This document shows positions 8,333 to 18,213 of a stretch of DNA of 64,000 nt, piece after piece. The stretch comes from Candidatus Parcubacteria bacterium (lineage in GTDB: Bacteria; Patescibacteriota; Patescibacteriia; UBA1558; GWA2-36-10). The stretch covers positions 50,743-114,742 of the forward strand of contig JABJNO010000017.1 of the NCBI GenBank assembly GCA_018664825.1. Direction: 5' to 3'. The first letter of the stretch is position 1, and each line of letters opens with the position of its first letter. Under the pieces are notes generated by a model. It was given only the letters and a program-made list of their open reading frames with translations, was not told the DNA's origin and searched no databases. The position numbers and the translations under genes are program-made.

Positions 8333-9829
8333 TTATTTACCTATCTTAAACAATGATATTTTTTCTAGAGCCTTATCAGCTAGACGTAGTCTATCTTTGG
8401 TACGGCCATAAAGGGTAAATAGTCTCTCCCCTTTTTTGACATGATCATCAAACTCTTTGTTGAGATAGATACCTGCTAGTTTGTCGGCTGGCGCACCAAG
8501 GATACGAGCTACTACATTGATAGCTTTATTGTCAGTAAAATTGATACGACCAGATTTTGGTGCGTTATAATATTTTTTTTGAGCACCAAGGACAATATCA
8601 TTTGGATCTATATCTGGATTACCACCTTGGAGTTTGATAATTTGTTGCATTTTTTTCCAAGCCTTGCCAGATTCTAGAACTTCCCAAGCCATGGCTGCGC
8701 CTTTACCTTTTTTGGCTTTGCCAGCTAGCTCGAGTAGCTCACCCGCTAGGTGGATAGATTTGTTTGCTAGATCTGCAGGGTAGTTGTCTTTTTGTTGTAA
8801 AACACGTAAAACATCACGAGCCTCAAGAGCAGGGCCTACACCCATACCTACAGGATCTTCGGTTTGGATAATAATTACTTTTATTTTGATGCCAAATTTG
8901 CTAGCTATATATTTGAATTTTGTTTCTAGCTCTTTGGCTATTTTCATGTTTGGAATCTTGGTAGTAGGTCCAACGGGCATATCAATCACTAGATGAGATA
9001 CTCCAGTAGCCACTTTTTTGGCCATAATACTGACCAACATTTTGTCATATGGTTCTAGAGAAAGCGGATAAGAAACTTTGAGTATTTTGTCATCAGCTGG
9101 AGCAAGATTGAGTCCTCCGCCCCAGACCAGGCAACCACCGGCTTTTTTGACTATTTTTTTTATTTCTTCAGCAGAAAAAGATACGCCAGCTAATACTTCC
9201 ATGGTATCTGATGTGCCAGCTGGAGAGGTGATAGCTCGAGATGAAGTCTTTGGGATAGTCAGACCAAGCGCAGCGATAATAGGTATGGCGACCATAGTAG
9301 TCCTGTTGCCAGCTAAGCCACCAACAGAATGTTTATCGACGGTCATCCCTGGGAATTTGAGCATTTCACCAGTTTCGGCCATAGCCTTGGTCATAAAGTA
9401 AAGTTCTTGATTGTCATAATCACGGATAAAACTAGAAGCTACAAAATATGTAGTTTCTGTTCGGGTCAAAATACCCTTTGAAATATCAGAAAATATTTGG
9501 TAAAAATCATCATAGCTTAGTTTTTTACCCAAGAGCCTTTTTTTGATAGCTTGGACAGACTTGGCACGTTCCAAAAAACTAATTTCCGCAATAGTATTTG
9601 GGGCAATCTTTATATTTTCCCAAATATCTCTATAAAGTCCGATATAGCCAGGCTTTACTGTTTTGCGACTAGTGTTGGCTTCGGCAATTATTGATTTGTC
9701 TTGCCATGTTATTTTTATTTTGTCACCAGCCTTGATGCCAAAACGCATAGCCTCGTCTACATTCAAAAGGGCAATATTTGATTGCCCGGTTTTTATGTCT
9801 AGTTTTTTTAGCTTGAGATAATAAGCCAT
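8333..9829 (-). CDS. AMP phosphorylase / archaeal-type thymidine phosphorylase family
   Basis: 498 aa with an extra N-terminal domain; DKHSVGGLAGNRTT, PKTSSRAITSPAGTSD. Confidence 0.9.
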   Translation of the reverse strand: MAYYLKLKKLDIKTGQSNIALLNVDEAMRFGIKAGDKIKITWQDKSIIAEANTSRKTVKPGYIGLYRDIWENIKIAPNTIAEISFLERAKSVQAIKKRLLGKKLSYDDFYQIFSDISKGILTRTETTYFVASSFIRDYDNQELYFMTKAMAETGEMLKFPGMTVDKHSVGGLAGNRTTMVAIPIIAALGLTIPKTSSRAITSPAGTSDTMEVLAGVSFSAEEIKKIVKKAGGCLVWGGGLNLAPADDKILKVSYPLSLEPYDKMLVSIMAKKVATGVSHLVIDMPVGPTTKIPNMKIAKELETKFKYIASKFGIKIKVIIIQTEDPVGMGVGPALEARDVLRVLQQKDNYPADLANKSIHLAGELLELAGKAKKGKGAAMAWEVLESGKAWKKMQQIIKLQGGNPDIDPNDIVLGAQKKYYNAPKSGRINFTDNKAINVVARILGAPADKLAGIYLNKEFDDHVKKGERLFTLYGRTKDRLRLADKALEKISLFKIGK

Positions 9830-9841
9830 ATTTTGTTTATT

Positions 9842-11848
9842 TTAAAATTTTATTACTTGTCCAGGATTTAGGACATTGTCATTGTTTGTGGGACCTGAGT
9901 TGTTCCCAGAAACAATCTTTGGTTTTCTAGCTTTCTTTTTCTCCTCTTTTTTCTTGGGTTGAGGTTTTGGAGTTTCTTTCTTTTTCTCCTCCTGGCCCAG
10001 GCCACCCTCTCCTCCAGAGGACCCTTTCTCGCTTCGCGATTCACCTTGTCTCGCTTCGCGATTCACCTTGTCTTTTTTAACTGGTTTTATTTCTGGTTCT
10101 TTTATTACTTCTTCTTTTTTTGTTTCGTCTTTTATTACCCTTGGCTTAGAAGAAGCTGATTTTCCAGCTGGTCCCATATTGAGAGCTTCAGATAAAGATA
10201 AAAATTCTTCTTTTGGCTGATTGGGTTTATCTTTGGAGGCAATCTTGATGCTAGATGGAGGTGGAATTTTGCCAGTTTTGGATAATGCCAAACACTCAGG
10301 ACAATAAATTGGTCGAGTAGGATCAGGTTCAAAGTTTATGATAGTGTCTTTACCACAAAAAGAACAATTTACTTCTTTGGCAGGAGTTGCACTTGGTCTT
10401 TTTGGCTTAGCATTATTAGCTGGCCTTGTATTGTTGGTAGGTCTAGTATTATTAGCTGGACGACTTGCTGCGGGGCGTGCATTGTTAAATGGTTTTGGAG
10501 CCGCACCTTTGTAGTTGTGGATAGTAGTTGGGATTGGTTTACCAACTTCTTCTTCTGGGCCTTTATTTTCGCTCCAACGGATAATTTTGTCTTCAATCAC
10601 AGCCCTTGGCTTGGCATATCGTTCACGAGTGACTTGGATAACTTTTTCTCTGATTAGAAAAGAATTTTCAGGTTCAGGTACCGGGGGAAGTGTACCGGCA
10701 GAAAAGCCATTTGAAGTGACTCCATCAATCATCAATTTTAGATAAACATCATACTTGGAGAGGTTTACCAAGTCTTCTTGGGTAAATGTTGGGAAGAATT
10801 CTTTTTCCAAAAACTCTGCATCGGCTGCTCCAATTCGAAAGGCTACAATAGTACCAACATTACCAAAAACAGCTGCTCGGACACCTTCTTCTACTTGTTC
10901 GATGTATTGATGAGCAATTACTAGGTTTAGTCGATATTTTCTGGCCTCAGATAAAATATTTGAAAATGATTCGGTGGCAAAGTTTTGGAACTCATCAACA
11001 TATAGATAAAAATCTTTACGTTCACTTTCGGGAGTATCTACTCTACTCATAGCTGCTAGTTGAATTTTGGTAATCATCATCGCACCAAGTAGAGCTGAGT
11101 TGTCCTCACCCACCCTACCTTTTGATAGGTTTAGGAGTAAGATTTTTTCTTCATCCATGATGTCACGCATAGCAAAAGATGATCTAACTTGACCCAAGAT
11201 GTTTCTAATCAAAGCAGAAGACAAGAAACGACCTACCTTATTTTGGATAGGAGCTATAGCTTCGGCTTGGAATCTATCTGGGTATTTACTATATTCTTCT
11301 ACCCAAAAGGCTTTGACTACGGGATCAGATATTTTTTCTACAACTCTTTTGCGAAAAGCCTTGTCAGTCAACATCCGCATGATGCCGAGCAAGGTAGAAC
11401 CTGGATATTCCAAAAGTGCAGAGATAGCATGATGCAATACATATTCCAAACGAGGTCCCCAAGAGTCAGCCCAGATTTTTTTGAATACACCAATCAGGCC
11501 AGAAACAACGAGATGTCTTTCTGCGGCAGATACTTTTTCCAAAACATTAAAACCAACCGGATTGTCTAGATCAGCTGGATTAAAATATATTGTGTCATTT
11601 ATCCTATGAGGTGGAATAAAGCCAAGTATTTTTTCGACCAAGTCACCATGAGGATCAACAACGCAGACACCTTTGCCCTCGTGGATGTCTTGGATAATCA
11701 TGTTTTCCAAAACAGTGGATTTTCCCATACCGGTTTTTCCAATAAAATACATATGACGGCGACGGTCGTCTTTTTTGATGCCAAATTTTACTTCAGAGTT
11801 TCGGTAGTTTGTTTTGGCAAACATTGTAACTGATGAGTTGTTATCCAT
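9842..11848 (-). CDS. VirD4/TraG-like (HerA-FtsK) coupling ATPase with CxxC-x17-CxxC zinc ribbon and disordered tail
   Basis: DRRRHMYFIGKTGMGKS, DPHGD, LYVDEFQNF, SEARKY; CSFC...CPEC. Confidence 0.85.
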   Translation of the reverse strand: MDNNSSVTMFAKTNYRNSEVKFGIKKDDRRRHMYFIGKTGMGKSTVLENMIIQDIHEGKGVCVVDPHGDLVEKILGFIPPHRINDTIYFNPADLDNPVGFNVLEKVSAAERHLVVSGLIGVFKKIWADSWGPRLEYVLHHAISALLEYPGSTLLGIMRMLTDKAFRKRVVEKISDPVVKAFWVEEYSKYPDRFQAEAIAPIQNKVGRFLSSALIRNILGQVRSSFAMRDIMDEEKILLLNLSKGRVGEDNSALLGAMMITKIQLAAMSRVDTPESERKDFYLYVDEFQNFATESFSNILSEARKYRLNLVIAHQYIEQVEEGVRAAVFGNVGTIVAFRIGAADAEFLEKEFFPTFTQEDLVNLSKYDVYLKLMIDGVTSNGFSAGTLPPVPEPENSFLIREKVIQVTRERYAKPRAVIEDKIIRWSENKGPEEEVGKPIPTTIHNYKGAAPKPFNNARPAASRPANNTRPTNNTRPANNAKPKRPSATPAKEVNCSFCGKDTIINFEPDPTRPIYCPECLALSKTGKIPPPSSIKIASKDKPNQPKEEFLSLSEALNMGPAGKSASSKPRVIKDETKKEEVIKEPEIKPVKKDKVNREARQGESRSEKGSSGGEGGLGQEEKKKETPKPQPKKKEEKKKARKPKIVSGNNSGPTNNDNVLNPGQVIKF
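10027..10070. repeat. Perfect 2 x 22-nt tandem repeat, REP-like
   Basis: TCTCGCTTCGCGATTCACCTTG twice. Confidence 0.85.
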
Positions 11849-11854
11849 TTTGTT

Positions 11855-13357
11855 TTAGGTAGGCAAATTAGGTGGTGGTGAACTCTTTGGTACATTAGTC
11901 GAAACAGTTTCGGGATCTTTTTTGACATGAGTTTCTTCGTATACTTTATTGTCAGTATTGATTTGTATTTTTTCAGTTGCAGCATTGAGCTGACCACGGA
12001 GAGCGTCAGAGATATCTCTTTGTTCATCCATAGGTCCAGTAGCAAATGGCAGAGATGAAGGTGGTTCGGCTTTTTTGGACTCTGTTCTTTGGAGTAAAGG
12101 CGCTCTGATAAATTTACTTGGGAAGTGCCAAAGAGTAGCTAGCTCTTCGATGCCCAAAATAAAAAAGTTATGTCCACGAGCACCACTACGATCTCGGTAA
12201 CCCTTCATTAGGTTTTCTCGACGGATTTTTTCACGTTGTTTTATAAAAAAATAGTTTATTTTTGTCTTGGTACGAGGATCTGGTTTGAAAGAGTTGAGAT
12301 CTAGAGCTGCAAATTGTTTGATACTACCAAAGACAGAAGATATTACCCTAGCTGGAGAATATACTTCTATTGGTGCGATATAAATAAGACGTATTTTACA
12401 TTCAAAGGCTAGCTTGGAAGCTTTTAGCTCTATAGCTTCGATCAGGCCTTTTTCTCCAGGAGTAAGATGAAGCATCATACTAGGCATGTCGTCTTTTTTG
12501 TTGGCACTAGCAGCTCCACCGGTTCCATCGCCTGGTAGTATAAAAGGCTCACCGGTAGAAAGAAAAAATAGTCCAAATATTGAGCCAAAAGTACTGGTTA
12601 TAAAATTTCCTTTTTTAGGAGGTGTTTTTTTACTAGCTATTTTATAAGCGAGTTCCATACTTTTTTTGACCCAATCAAAACCTGTGGGTTTGACCAATAT
12701 CTGGAACCAGACTTGTTCACCTGGTTGGATTTTACTCATAGTTTCCAGCATAGAAGCCAAAGGGTCTTTGAATCTTTCTTCGGCGGAAGGGTCTTCAAAA
12801 TGAGTATAAGTTTTGATAGGTATTGCTTGGTTTGTGACAGGAATTACTTCGGTACCCCAGATTTTGTGAGTTTCATTTGGGAAAGTGTATGGAGCATTTT
12901 GGACGTAATCCTCTACTTCAGTAATCTCAGCATCTGGATATTGTGAGTATATAGAGCTTTCTATCAAATCACGATAATGAGTCGGAGTCCAAATCAAAAA
13001 TTGGACATAACCATCTATACTTACTATTTCAAAAGAAAAGTGAAGCTGAAATTGACCCCACATGTACATCTCTTTGGCGTTGAGCATAGCATGAGCACCA
13101 GAGACAGTGGCAAACAATTGTTCGACAGCCTTTGGGGTTTGTTCGGTATCTTTTGGGACATCTACAGCTAGTAATACAAACTTGTTGGTACCGTACCATT
13201 TTATTTGTTGACCCATTAGCCAAATATCATAAGCACCCCAGCCAATGATATAAAGTATTATTACCCAACCTCCATGGGAAAAGAGATACCAAAAAGCAGG
13301 CCATGTTCCTTCATTGCCGAGATTGAGTAGTGGTGTAAAATCTATTACTATATCCAT
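11855..13357 (-). CDS. Conserved membrane-anchored partner of the VirD4-like ATPase
   Basis: FSFEIVS, YSQYPDAEI.EVEDY, PIKTY, ELATLWHFP; matches the N-terminal half of 31412..33859. Confidence 0.75.
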   Translation of the reverse strand: MDIVIDFTPLLNLGNEGTWPAFWYLFSHGGWVIILYIIGWGAYDIWLMGQQIKWYGTNKFVLLAVDVPKDTEQTPKAVEQLFATVSGAHAMLNAKEMYMWGQFQLHFSFEIVSIDGYVQFLIWTPTHYRDLIESSIYSQYPDAEITEVEDYVQNAPYTFPNETHKIWGTEVIPVTNQAIPIKTYTHFEDPSAEERFKDPLASMLETMSKIQPGEQVWFQILVKPTGFDWVKKSMELAYKIASKKTPPKKGNFITSTFGSIFGLFFLSTGEPFILPGDGTGGAASANKKDDMPSMMLHLTPGEKGLIEAIELKASKLAFECKIRLIYIAPIEVYSPARVISSVFGSIKQFAALDLNSFKPDPRTKTKINYFFIKQREKIRRENLMKGYRDRSGARGHNFFILGIEELATLWHFPSKFIRAPLLQRTESKKAEPPSSLPFATGPMDEQRDISDALRGQLNAATEKIQINTDNKVYEETHVKKDPETVSTNVPKSSPPPNLPT

Positions 13358-13413
13358 ATTATAAATTCTTATATATTATACCTTTTTTTTGCATTTTTTT
13401 AAAGTAAAATTTA

Positions 13414-13451
13414 AAAAAACAACAACCCGCATATTTTGGGTTGTTGTTTTT
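13414..13451 (-). terminator. Intrinsic terminator
   Basis: AAAAACAACAACCC...GGGTTGTTGTTTTT. Confidence 0.7.
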
Positions 13452-13468
13452 ATATGTTTTTTGTAAAT

Positions 13469-14572
13469 TTATTCTTGTTTTAGGAAATACCTTCCTTTTT
13501 CATCTCGGGCAAATCGATCTTTATTCATCAAAGCAAGAGTGATAGTAGTTTCTTTGATCATGCGTCTTTCCATAACTTCTTTGACAATTTCCTTTTTACT
13601 CATAGGTCTGCCAGTGTCATTTAGGATGTCAGCAATTACGTCTGATGCTACACCTGGTTTGTAGCCCCATTCTTTTAGGGCATAGATACCACGACCTACT
13701 AGGACATACTTTTTATCCAAGATAAGTTCATTGTGGATAGTCGCAGGATAAGCTTTGCGATGATCAAAACCTTTTTTATTGATAGTATTTGCAATTTCAG
13801 TAAAGTGAAGTGGCTTGGCTTCTTTCATCAAAACCAAATAGATTTTATCGTTCATTCTTTTTGGAGTGATACTAGGCCATTCTACCAATCCGTATTCTTC
13901 ATAAGGATTAGTTTCTAGCTTTTTGGTAATATCAATAAAGTTTACGATTACTTTATCAGTTAGATTATCATTTGATGTATAGAATTCAGCAGATTCAACT
14001 TTAGGAATCAATTCATCCAAGAGTAATGGATCACCGTGTTCTTTGATAAGACCACGAACACTATCTACAGAATCATGAAACAGGTCAACAGAGGCTTCTG
14101 GAGTTTTCCAAAAATCATTGTACTGCTTGTTACCTTTTATATATTGGAACCTATGTTTTAAAAGTTGATTTAAAACAAATTTGATAGCAGAACGATTTTC
14201 GTCGTTTTGGCCAGGTATCACAAGTAGTTCTCTGACTAAATTGTCTTCTGACATCATACCACCATGTTCAGCGAGAATTGCATTGGCTATTTGCTCTACT
14301 TCTTTTAGATAAGATTGATCAAAGTTCTTTATAATTTTCTTTAGTGAACTATTCTCAATTTGTCTTACCCTTTCACGAGTAACAGTATATTTTTTGCCAA
14401 TATCTTCTAAAGTTTTTTTGTCATAACCAGAAAGGCCGTGTCTGAGACGGATGATTTCTTGTTCGCGCTCTGACAAAGCCTCGAGAATACTTTCAAGAAT
14501 CTGATGAGGGTTGAAAGTTTTGAGGTTTGACAGGTGCTTAGATGTCATAACTTGATCTAGAATTGAATCCAT
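13469..14572 (-). CDS. Sigma-70 region 4 plus HARE-HTH (RNAP delta-like) protein
   Basis: LSEREQEII.LR.GL...TLEDIG..Y.VTRERVRQIE; PLHF.EI...ATIHNELI...YVLVGRGIYAL. Confidence 0.8.
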   Translation of the reverse strand: MDSILDQVMTSKHLSNLKTFNPHQILESILEALSEREQEIIRLRHGLSGYDKKTLEDIGKKYTVTRERVRQIENSSLKKIIKNFDQSYLKEVEQIANAILAEHGGMMSEDNLVRELLVIPGQNDENRSAIKFVLNQLLKHRFQYIKGNKQYNDFWKTPEASVDLFHDSVDSVRGLIKEHGDPLLLDELIPKVESAEFYTSNDNLTDKVIVNFIDITKKLETNPYEEYGLVEWPSITPKRMNDKIYLVLMKEAKPLHFTEIANTINKKGFDHRKAYPATIHNELILDKKYVLVGRGIYALKEWGYKPGVASDVIADILNDTGRPMSKKEIVKEVMERRMIKETTITLALMNKDRFARDEKGRYFLKQE

Positions 14573-14693
14573 ATGCTTGATTATTATTAAATACGCCATT
14601 AGAATAACATATTTTTTAAAATTAGTCAACCCCCCAAGAGGTATTTCTTGGAGGGCTGTATATTTTTGCTAATTTTAGCTAAAATCTAGGATT

Positions 14694-15596
14694 TTAGGAT
14701 TTTTTGTGATTCCAGATAGAAAGTAGTGGTGAGGCAATAAATATAGAGGAGTACGTACCAATGATTACACCCAAAACAAGGGCTAAAACAAAGTTTTTGA
14801 TAGTTTCTCCTCCGAAAATATAGATAGCCAGCAACACAAATAAGGTGGTAATAGAAGTATTGAGTGACCTGACAATTGTTTGATTAACACTTAAGTTGAC
14901 AATTTCGTCAAATTTCATGTCTTGCTTTTTAAACAAGTTCTCTCGAGTTCTGTCAAAGGTAACAATAGTATCATGGATAGAAAACCCTAAAATTGTGAGT
15001 AAAGCAGTCACAAATAAACTATCTACTTCCATGCCAAAAAAATATCCAAAAGCAGAAAATATACCCGTGATAATCAAGATGTCATGTATTAGGGCAATAA
15101 TTGCAGAAATACCAAATTTCCATGAAGCGACTGGCTTGGATACTTTGCGGAAGGCATAGGCAATATAGATAACAATAAATATCAAGACAATAGCGATTGC
15201 TTGTAAGGCTTTGCTCTTGAGCTCATTTCCAATAATAGGCCCAATAAATTCATAACGTTTTTCTACAAATTCATTATCCTCCACTCCTTCAACTTGTATG
15301 TTTTGTAGATTTTCCAAAACTTGTTGGTGGGTTGGTTCATCGATATCTCCAAGTCTCAAAATAAAGTCGTTTTCTCCAGCTGGTTGTATTTTTAGACTAG
15401 CTAGACCTGAATCTTGCAGAGAGACTTCTACTTGGTTGATAGTTGGTCTAGTATCGTAGGATACTTCCATCAAACTACCGCCTGTAAAATCAATACCTAG
15501 TCGTAATCCCCAAACAAGAAGTGCCAATACTGATAAAGCCATGGCAATGCCAGAAAAAGTAAACCAAATGTTTTTCTTTTTTATAATTTCATACAT
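14694..15596 (-). CDS. secF: Protein translocase subunit SecF
   Basis: LGIDFTGG, HDILI, GFSIHDTIVTFDRTRE, GTYSSIFIA. Confidence 0.96.
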   Translation of the reverse strand: MYEIIKKKNIWFTFSGIAMALSVLALLVWGLRLGIDFTGGSLMEVSYDTRPTINQVEVSLQDSGLASLKIQPAGENDFILRLGDIDEPTHQQVLENLQNIQVEGVEDNEFVEKRYEFIGPIIGNELKSKALQAIAIVLIFIVIYIAYAFRKVSKPVASWKFGISAIIALIHDILIITGIFSAFGYFFGMEVDSLFVTALLTILGFSIHDTIVTFDRTRENLFKKQDMKFDEIVNLSVNQTIVRSLNTSITTLFVLLAIYIFGGETIKNFVLALVLGVIIGTYSSIFIASPLLSIWNHKKS

Positions 15597-15597
15597 A

Positions 15598-17256
15598 TTA
15601 TTTTCTTTTTATTCCGAACAAGGATAATTTATTTTCGATTTTTTTATTTACAATCATACGTAAAAAGGTACGGGTAACAGTAATAGCAGAAAACATTGAG
15701 ATCATAATACCGATCGCTAGGGTGATAGCAAATCCTTTGACAATAGAAGTACCAAACCAAGCCAAGATCAAACAAGTGATGATTGATGAGACATTTGAGT
15801 CTCTGATAGATGGCCAGGCTCTAGAAAATCCATTTTCAACAGCAGTATGTAGACTGCGACCTGTTTTTAGTTCTTCTTTGGTTCTTTCAAAAATCAATAT
15901 ATTGGCATCAACGGCCATACCAATAGACAAGATAAATCCAGCTACACCAGCCAGGGTAAGCACTACATTGAGGCTTTCAAAAATAGCTAGAGTCAAGATT
16001 GTATATATAGCCAAAGCAAGTACAGAGATAAGGCCAGGTAAACGATAAAATAAGAGCATAAATAAAGCTGCAGCCAAAAGTCCAATAATACCAGCCAGTA
16101 AACTTTTTTGTACAGAAATATGACCCAAGGTAGCCCCAACAGTCTGTTGGCTAATGATTTCTATAGGTACTGGTAAAGCACCTAGGTTGAGATCTTTGAT
16201 TAGGGTTTTTGCTTCTGGGATAGTAAAATTACCAGAAATCTGAGCTTGTCCGTCAGTGATTTTGTCTTGGACAACTGGACTAGACCTCAAGAAACCATCG
16301 AGGAAAATTGCCACAGGTTCACCGAGATGTTCTTCTGTTATTTTGGCAAATATATCTTTACCTTGATCATTGAAGTTTATTAGTACAAGTGGCTCTTGGG
16401 TGTTTTGTTGAAAAGCTAGTTGAGCTTTCTCGATATCTTTACCGGTTAGACCAGCGTCTACCCAATTTATATTATCAGTTAAAGCAGCTGCCTTCTGGAA
16501 TAAAACATGTGAAGACAATACTTCCATCTGACCTTGATCGTTTATTTTTTCGTCAATTTTGTTGATTATATGATAGCCAAGATCTGATTCTACAAGTTCT
16601 GGAGAGATATCTCCTACTTTCATGTCTTCAAAAACTGCTTTATCAAACTCTGGTACAAAGTAGCCAGCTAGTTGCCAACCGAGGTCTCCGCCATTTACAG
16701 CAGATCCTGGGTCTTCACTATATTCGGTGGCAAGATTTGCAAAATCTTCACCAGCCAAAGCACGGGCTAGTACATCTTCAGCATTTTGACGTACTTCGTC
16801 AATTTCTTGGATATCAGACTCCTCCTCTATTATAGGTTCACCTTGGACCTTAAATTCCAAAAGAGGTGTCTTGTCAATAATAGCTACTGCTTCATTGACA
16901 TCTTTGATACCAGCAAGCTCTACGATGATTCTATAGCTGTCACCACTGTAGTTTGTCTGGATAAGTGGTTCAGACACTCCATAGGCATTTACACGACGTT
17001 CTATGACGTCTCGAAGGGCTTCTACACCATCTTTTTTGACATCATCTTCCAATTGAGAGACATCAGCCTTGTAAACTAAATGGGTACCACCTTGTAAATC
17101 AAGTCCTAAACGGAGCTTGAAATTACCGAACCAGCCCGGGCTAGTAGGCCAAACCATCAGGGTTGTAAATATAGTAAGGAATACTATAAAAATAAAGCTA
17201 GCCCGTATTTGGTTGGTAGTCACTCTTTTTTGATTTGGTTTGTTGTAATTTGTCAT
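15598..17256 (-). CDS. secD: Protein translocase subunit SecD with an inserted parvulin PPIase domain
   Basis: LGLDLQGG, RVNAYGVSEP, GMAVDANILIFER; insert SEDPGS..NGGDLG...GYHII. Confidence 0.95.
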   Translation of the reverse strand: MTNYNKPNQKRVTTNQIRASFIFIVFLTIFTTLMVWPTSPGWFGNFKLRLGLDLQGGTHLVYKADVSQLEDDVKKDGVEALRDVIERRVNAYGVSEPLIQTNYSGDSYRIIVELAGIKDVNEAVAIIDKTPLLEFKVQGEPIIEEESDIQEIDEVRQNAEDVLARALAGEDFANLATEYSEDPGSAVNGGDLGWQLAGYFVPEFDKAVFEDMKVGDISPELVESDLGYHIINKIDEKINDQGQMEVLSSHVLFQKAAALTDNINWVDAGLTGKDIEKAQLAFQQNTQEPLVLINFNDQGKDIFAKITEEHLGEPVAIFLDGFLRSSPVVQDKITDGQAQISGNFTIPEAKTLIKDLNLGALPVPIEIISQQTVGATLGHISVQKSLLAGIIGLLAAALFMLLFYRLPGLISVLALAIYTILTLAIFESLNVVLTLAGVAGFILSIGMAVDANILIFERTKEELKTGRSLHTAVENGFSRAWPSIRDSNVSSIITCLILAWFGTSIVKGFAITLAIGIMISMFSAITVTRTFLRMIVNKKIENKLSLFGIKRK

Positions 17257-17312
17257 AATTTATTTATACACAATGTCCACATTTTAGCACAATAATAAGT
17301 TTTGACAAGTCT

Positions 17313-18212
17313 TTAGAGACTTGTTTTTATCCAATAATCTAATAAATCTTCCAAGTTTATGCCGGCGGTCAACAAGCTTTTTGGCAATAAAGAGTTTTTA
17401 GTGATCCCAGGGATGGTATTTATCTCCAAAAAATAGATGTTTTTACCCGAAATTATAAAATCAGAACGACTCAAGTGCCTGGCACCGATGGTCTGATGTG
17501 CAAGCAAGGCTAGTCTTTGGAGCTCACTAGATAGTTTTTTGTCTATTGGTGCGGGACAGATTTCTTCTACCAAATCTGGATCATATTTACTTTGGTAATC
17601 AAAAAATTTATTTTTGGATCGAATCTCAATAACAGGTAAGGCAAATTCTTTTCCTTTATCTTCTATGATGGACACAGTAAATTCGTCACCTTTTATATAG
17701 TCTTCTACCAAAATAGTCTGATCGTATTTCAAGGCTTCTTTTAGGGCCTTGTCTAGTTGGACTTGATTACGAGCAATATTGATACCAATAGAGCTACCAC
17801 CCGCCAGTGGCTTGATTACTACTGGTTTTGAATATTTTAGTTTTGTTTGTTTCAAAATTTGAGACCCAGGAGTCTTGATACCAGCTTTTTCAACTAGTAG
17901 TTTTGAATTTTCTTTGTTCATACCTATAGCGTGAGCCTCGATGTCTGAAAAAATAAAAGGCACGCCTAGTGTTTTTAGGTAGCCTTGGACTGCTCCGTCT
18001 TCTCCACCGGGGCCATGAAATATTGGCACAGCTACATCAAAATTTTTATATTCTTTGGAAAACGTATCCAAGCCTTTGGGAAAATCAAAGACTTTTACAT
18101 TGTAGCGTTTTCGTAAACTAGCCAAAACATTTTTGGCTGACTGCAAAGCAACACTTCTTTCTGAGCTATCCCCTCCTGTCAGGACAGCTATTTTTATATC
18201 TTTATCTTGCAT
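17313..18212 (-). CDS. ddl: D-alanine--D-alanine ligase
   Basis: GGDSSERSV, HGPGGEDG, GSSIG, FFDYQSKY, LEINTIPG. Confidence 0.95.
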   Translation of the reverse strand: MQDKDIKIAVLTGGDSSERSVALQSAKNVLASLRKRYNVKVFDFPKGLDTFSKEYKNFDVAVPIFHGPGGEDGAVQGYLKTLGVPFIFSDIEAHAIGMNKENSKLLVEKAGIKTPGSQILKQTKLKYSKPVVIKPLAGGSSIGINIARNQVQLDKALKEALKYDQTILVEDYIKGDEFTVSIIEDKGKEFALPVIEIRSKNKFFDYQSKYDPDLVEEICPAPIDKKLSSELQRLALLAHQTIGARHLSRSDFIISGKNIYFLEINTIPGITKNSLLPKSLLTAGINLEDLLDYWIKTSL

Positions 18213-18213
18213 A

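Noticed and set aside
10409-10487. NNxRP peptide repeats in the ATPase linker
   Set aside because: Ordinary low-complexity linker with degenerate DNA repeats
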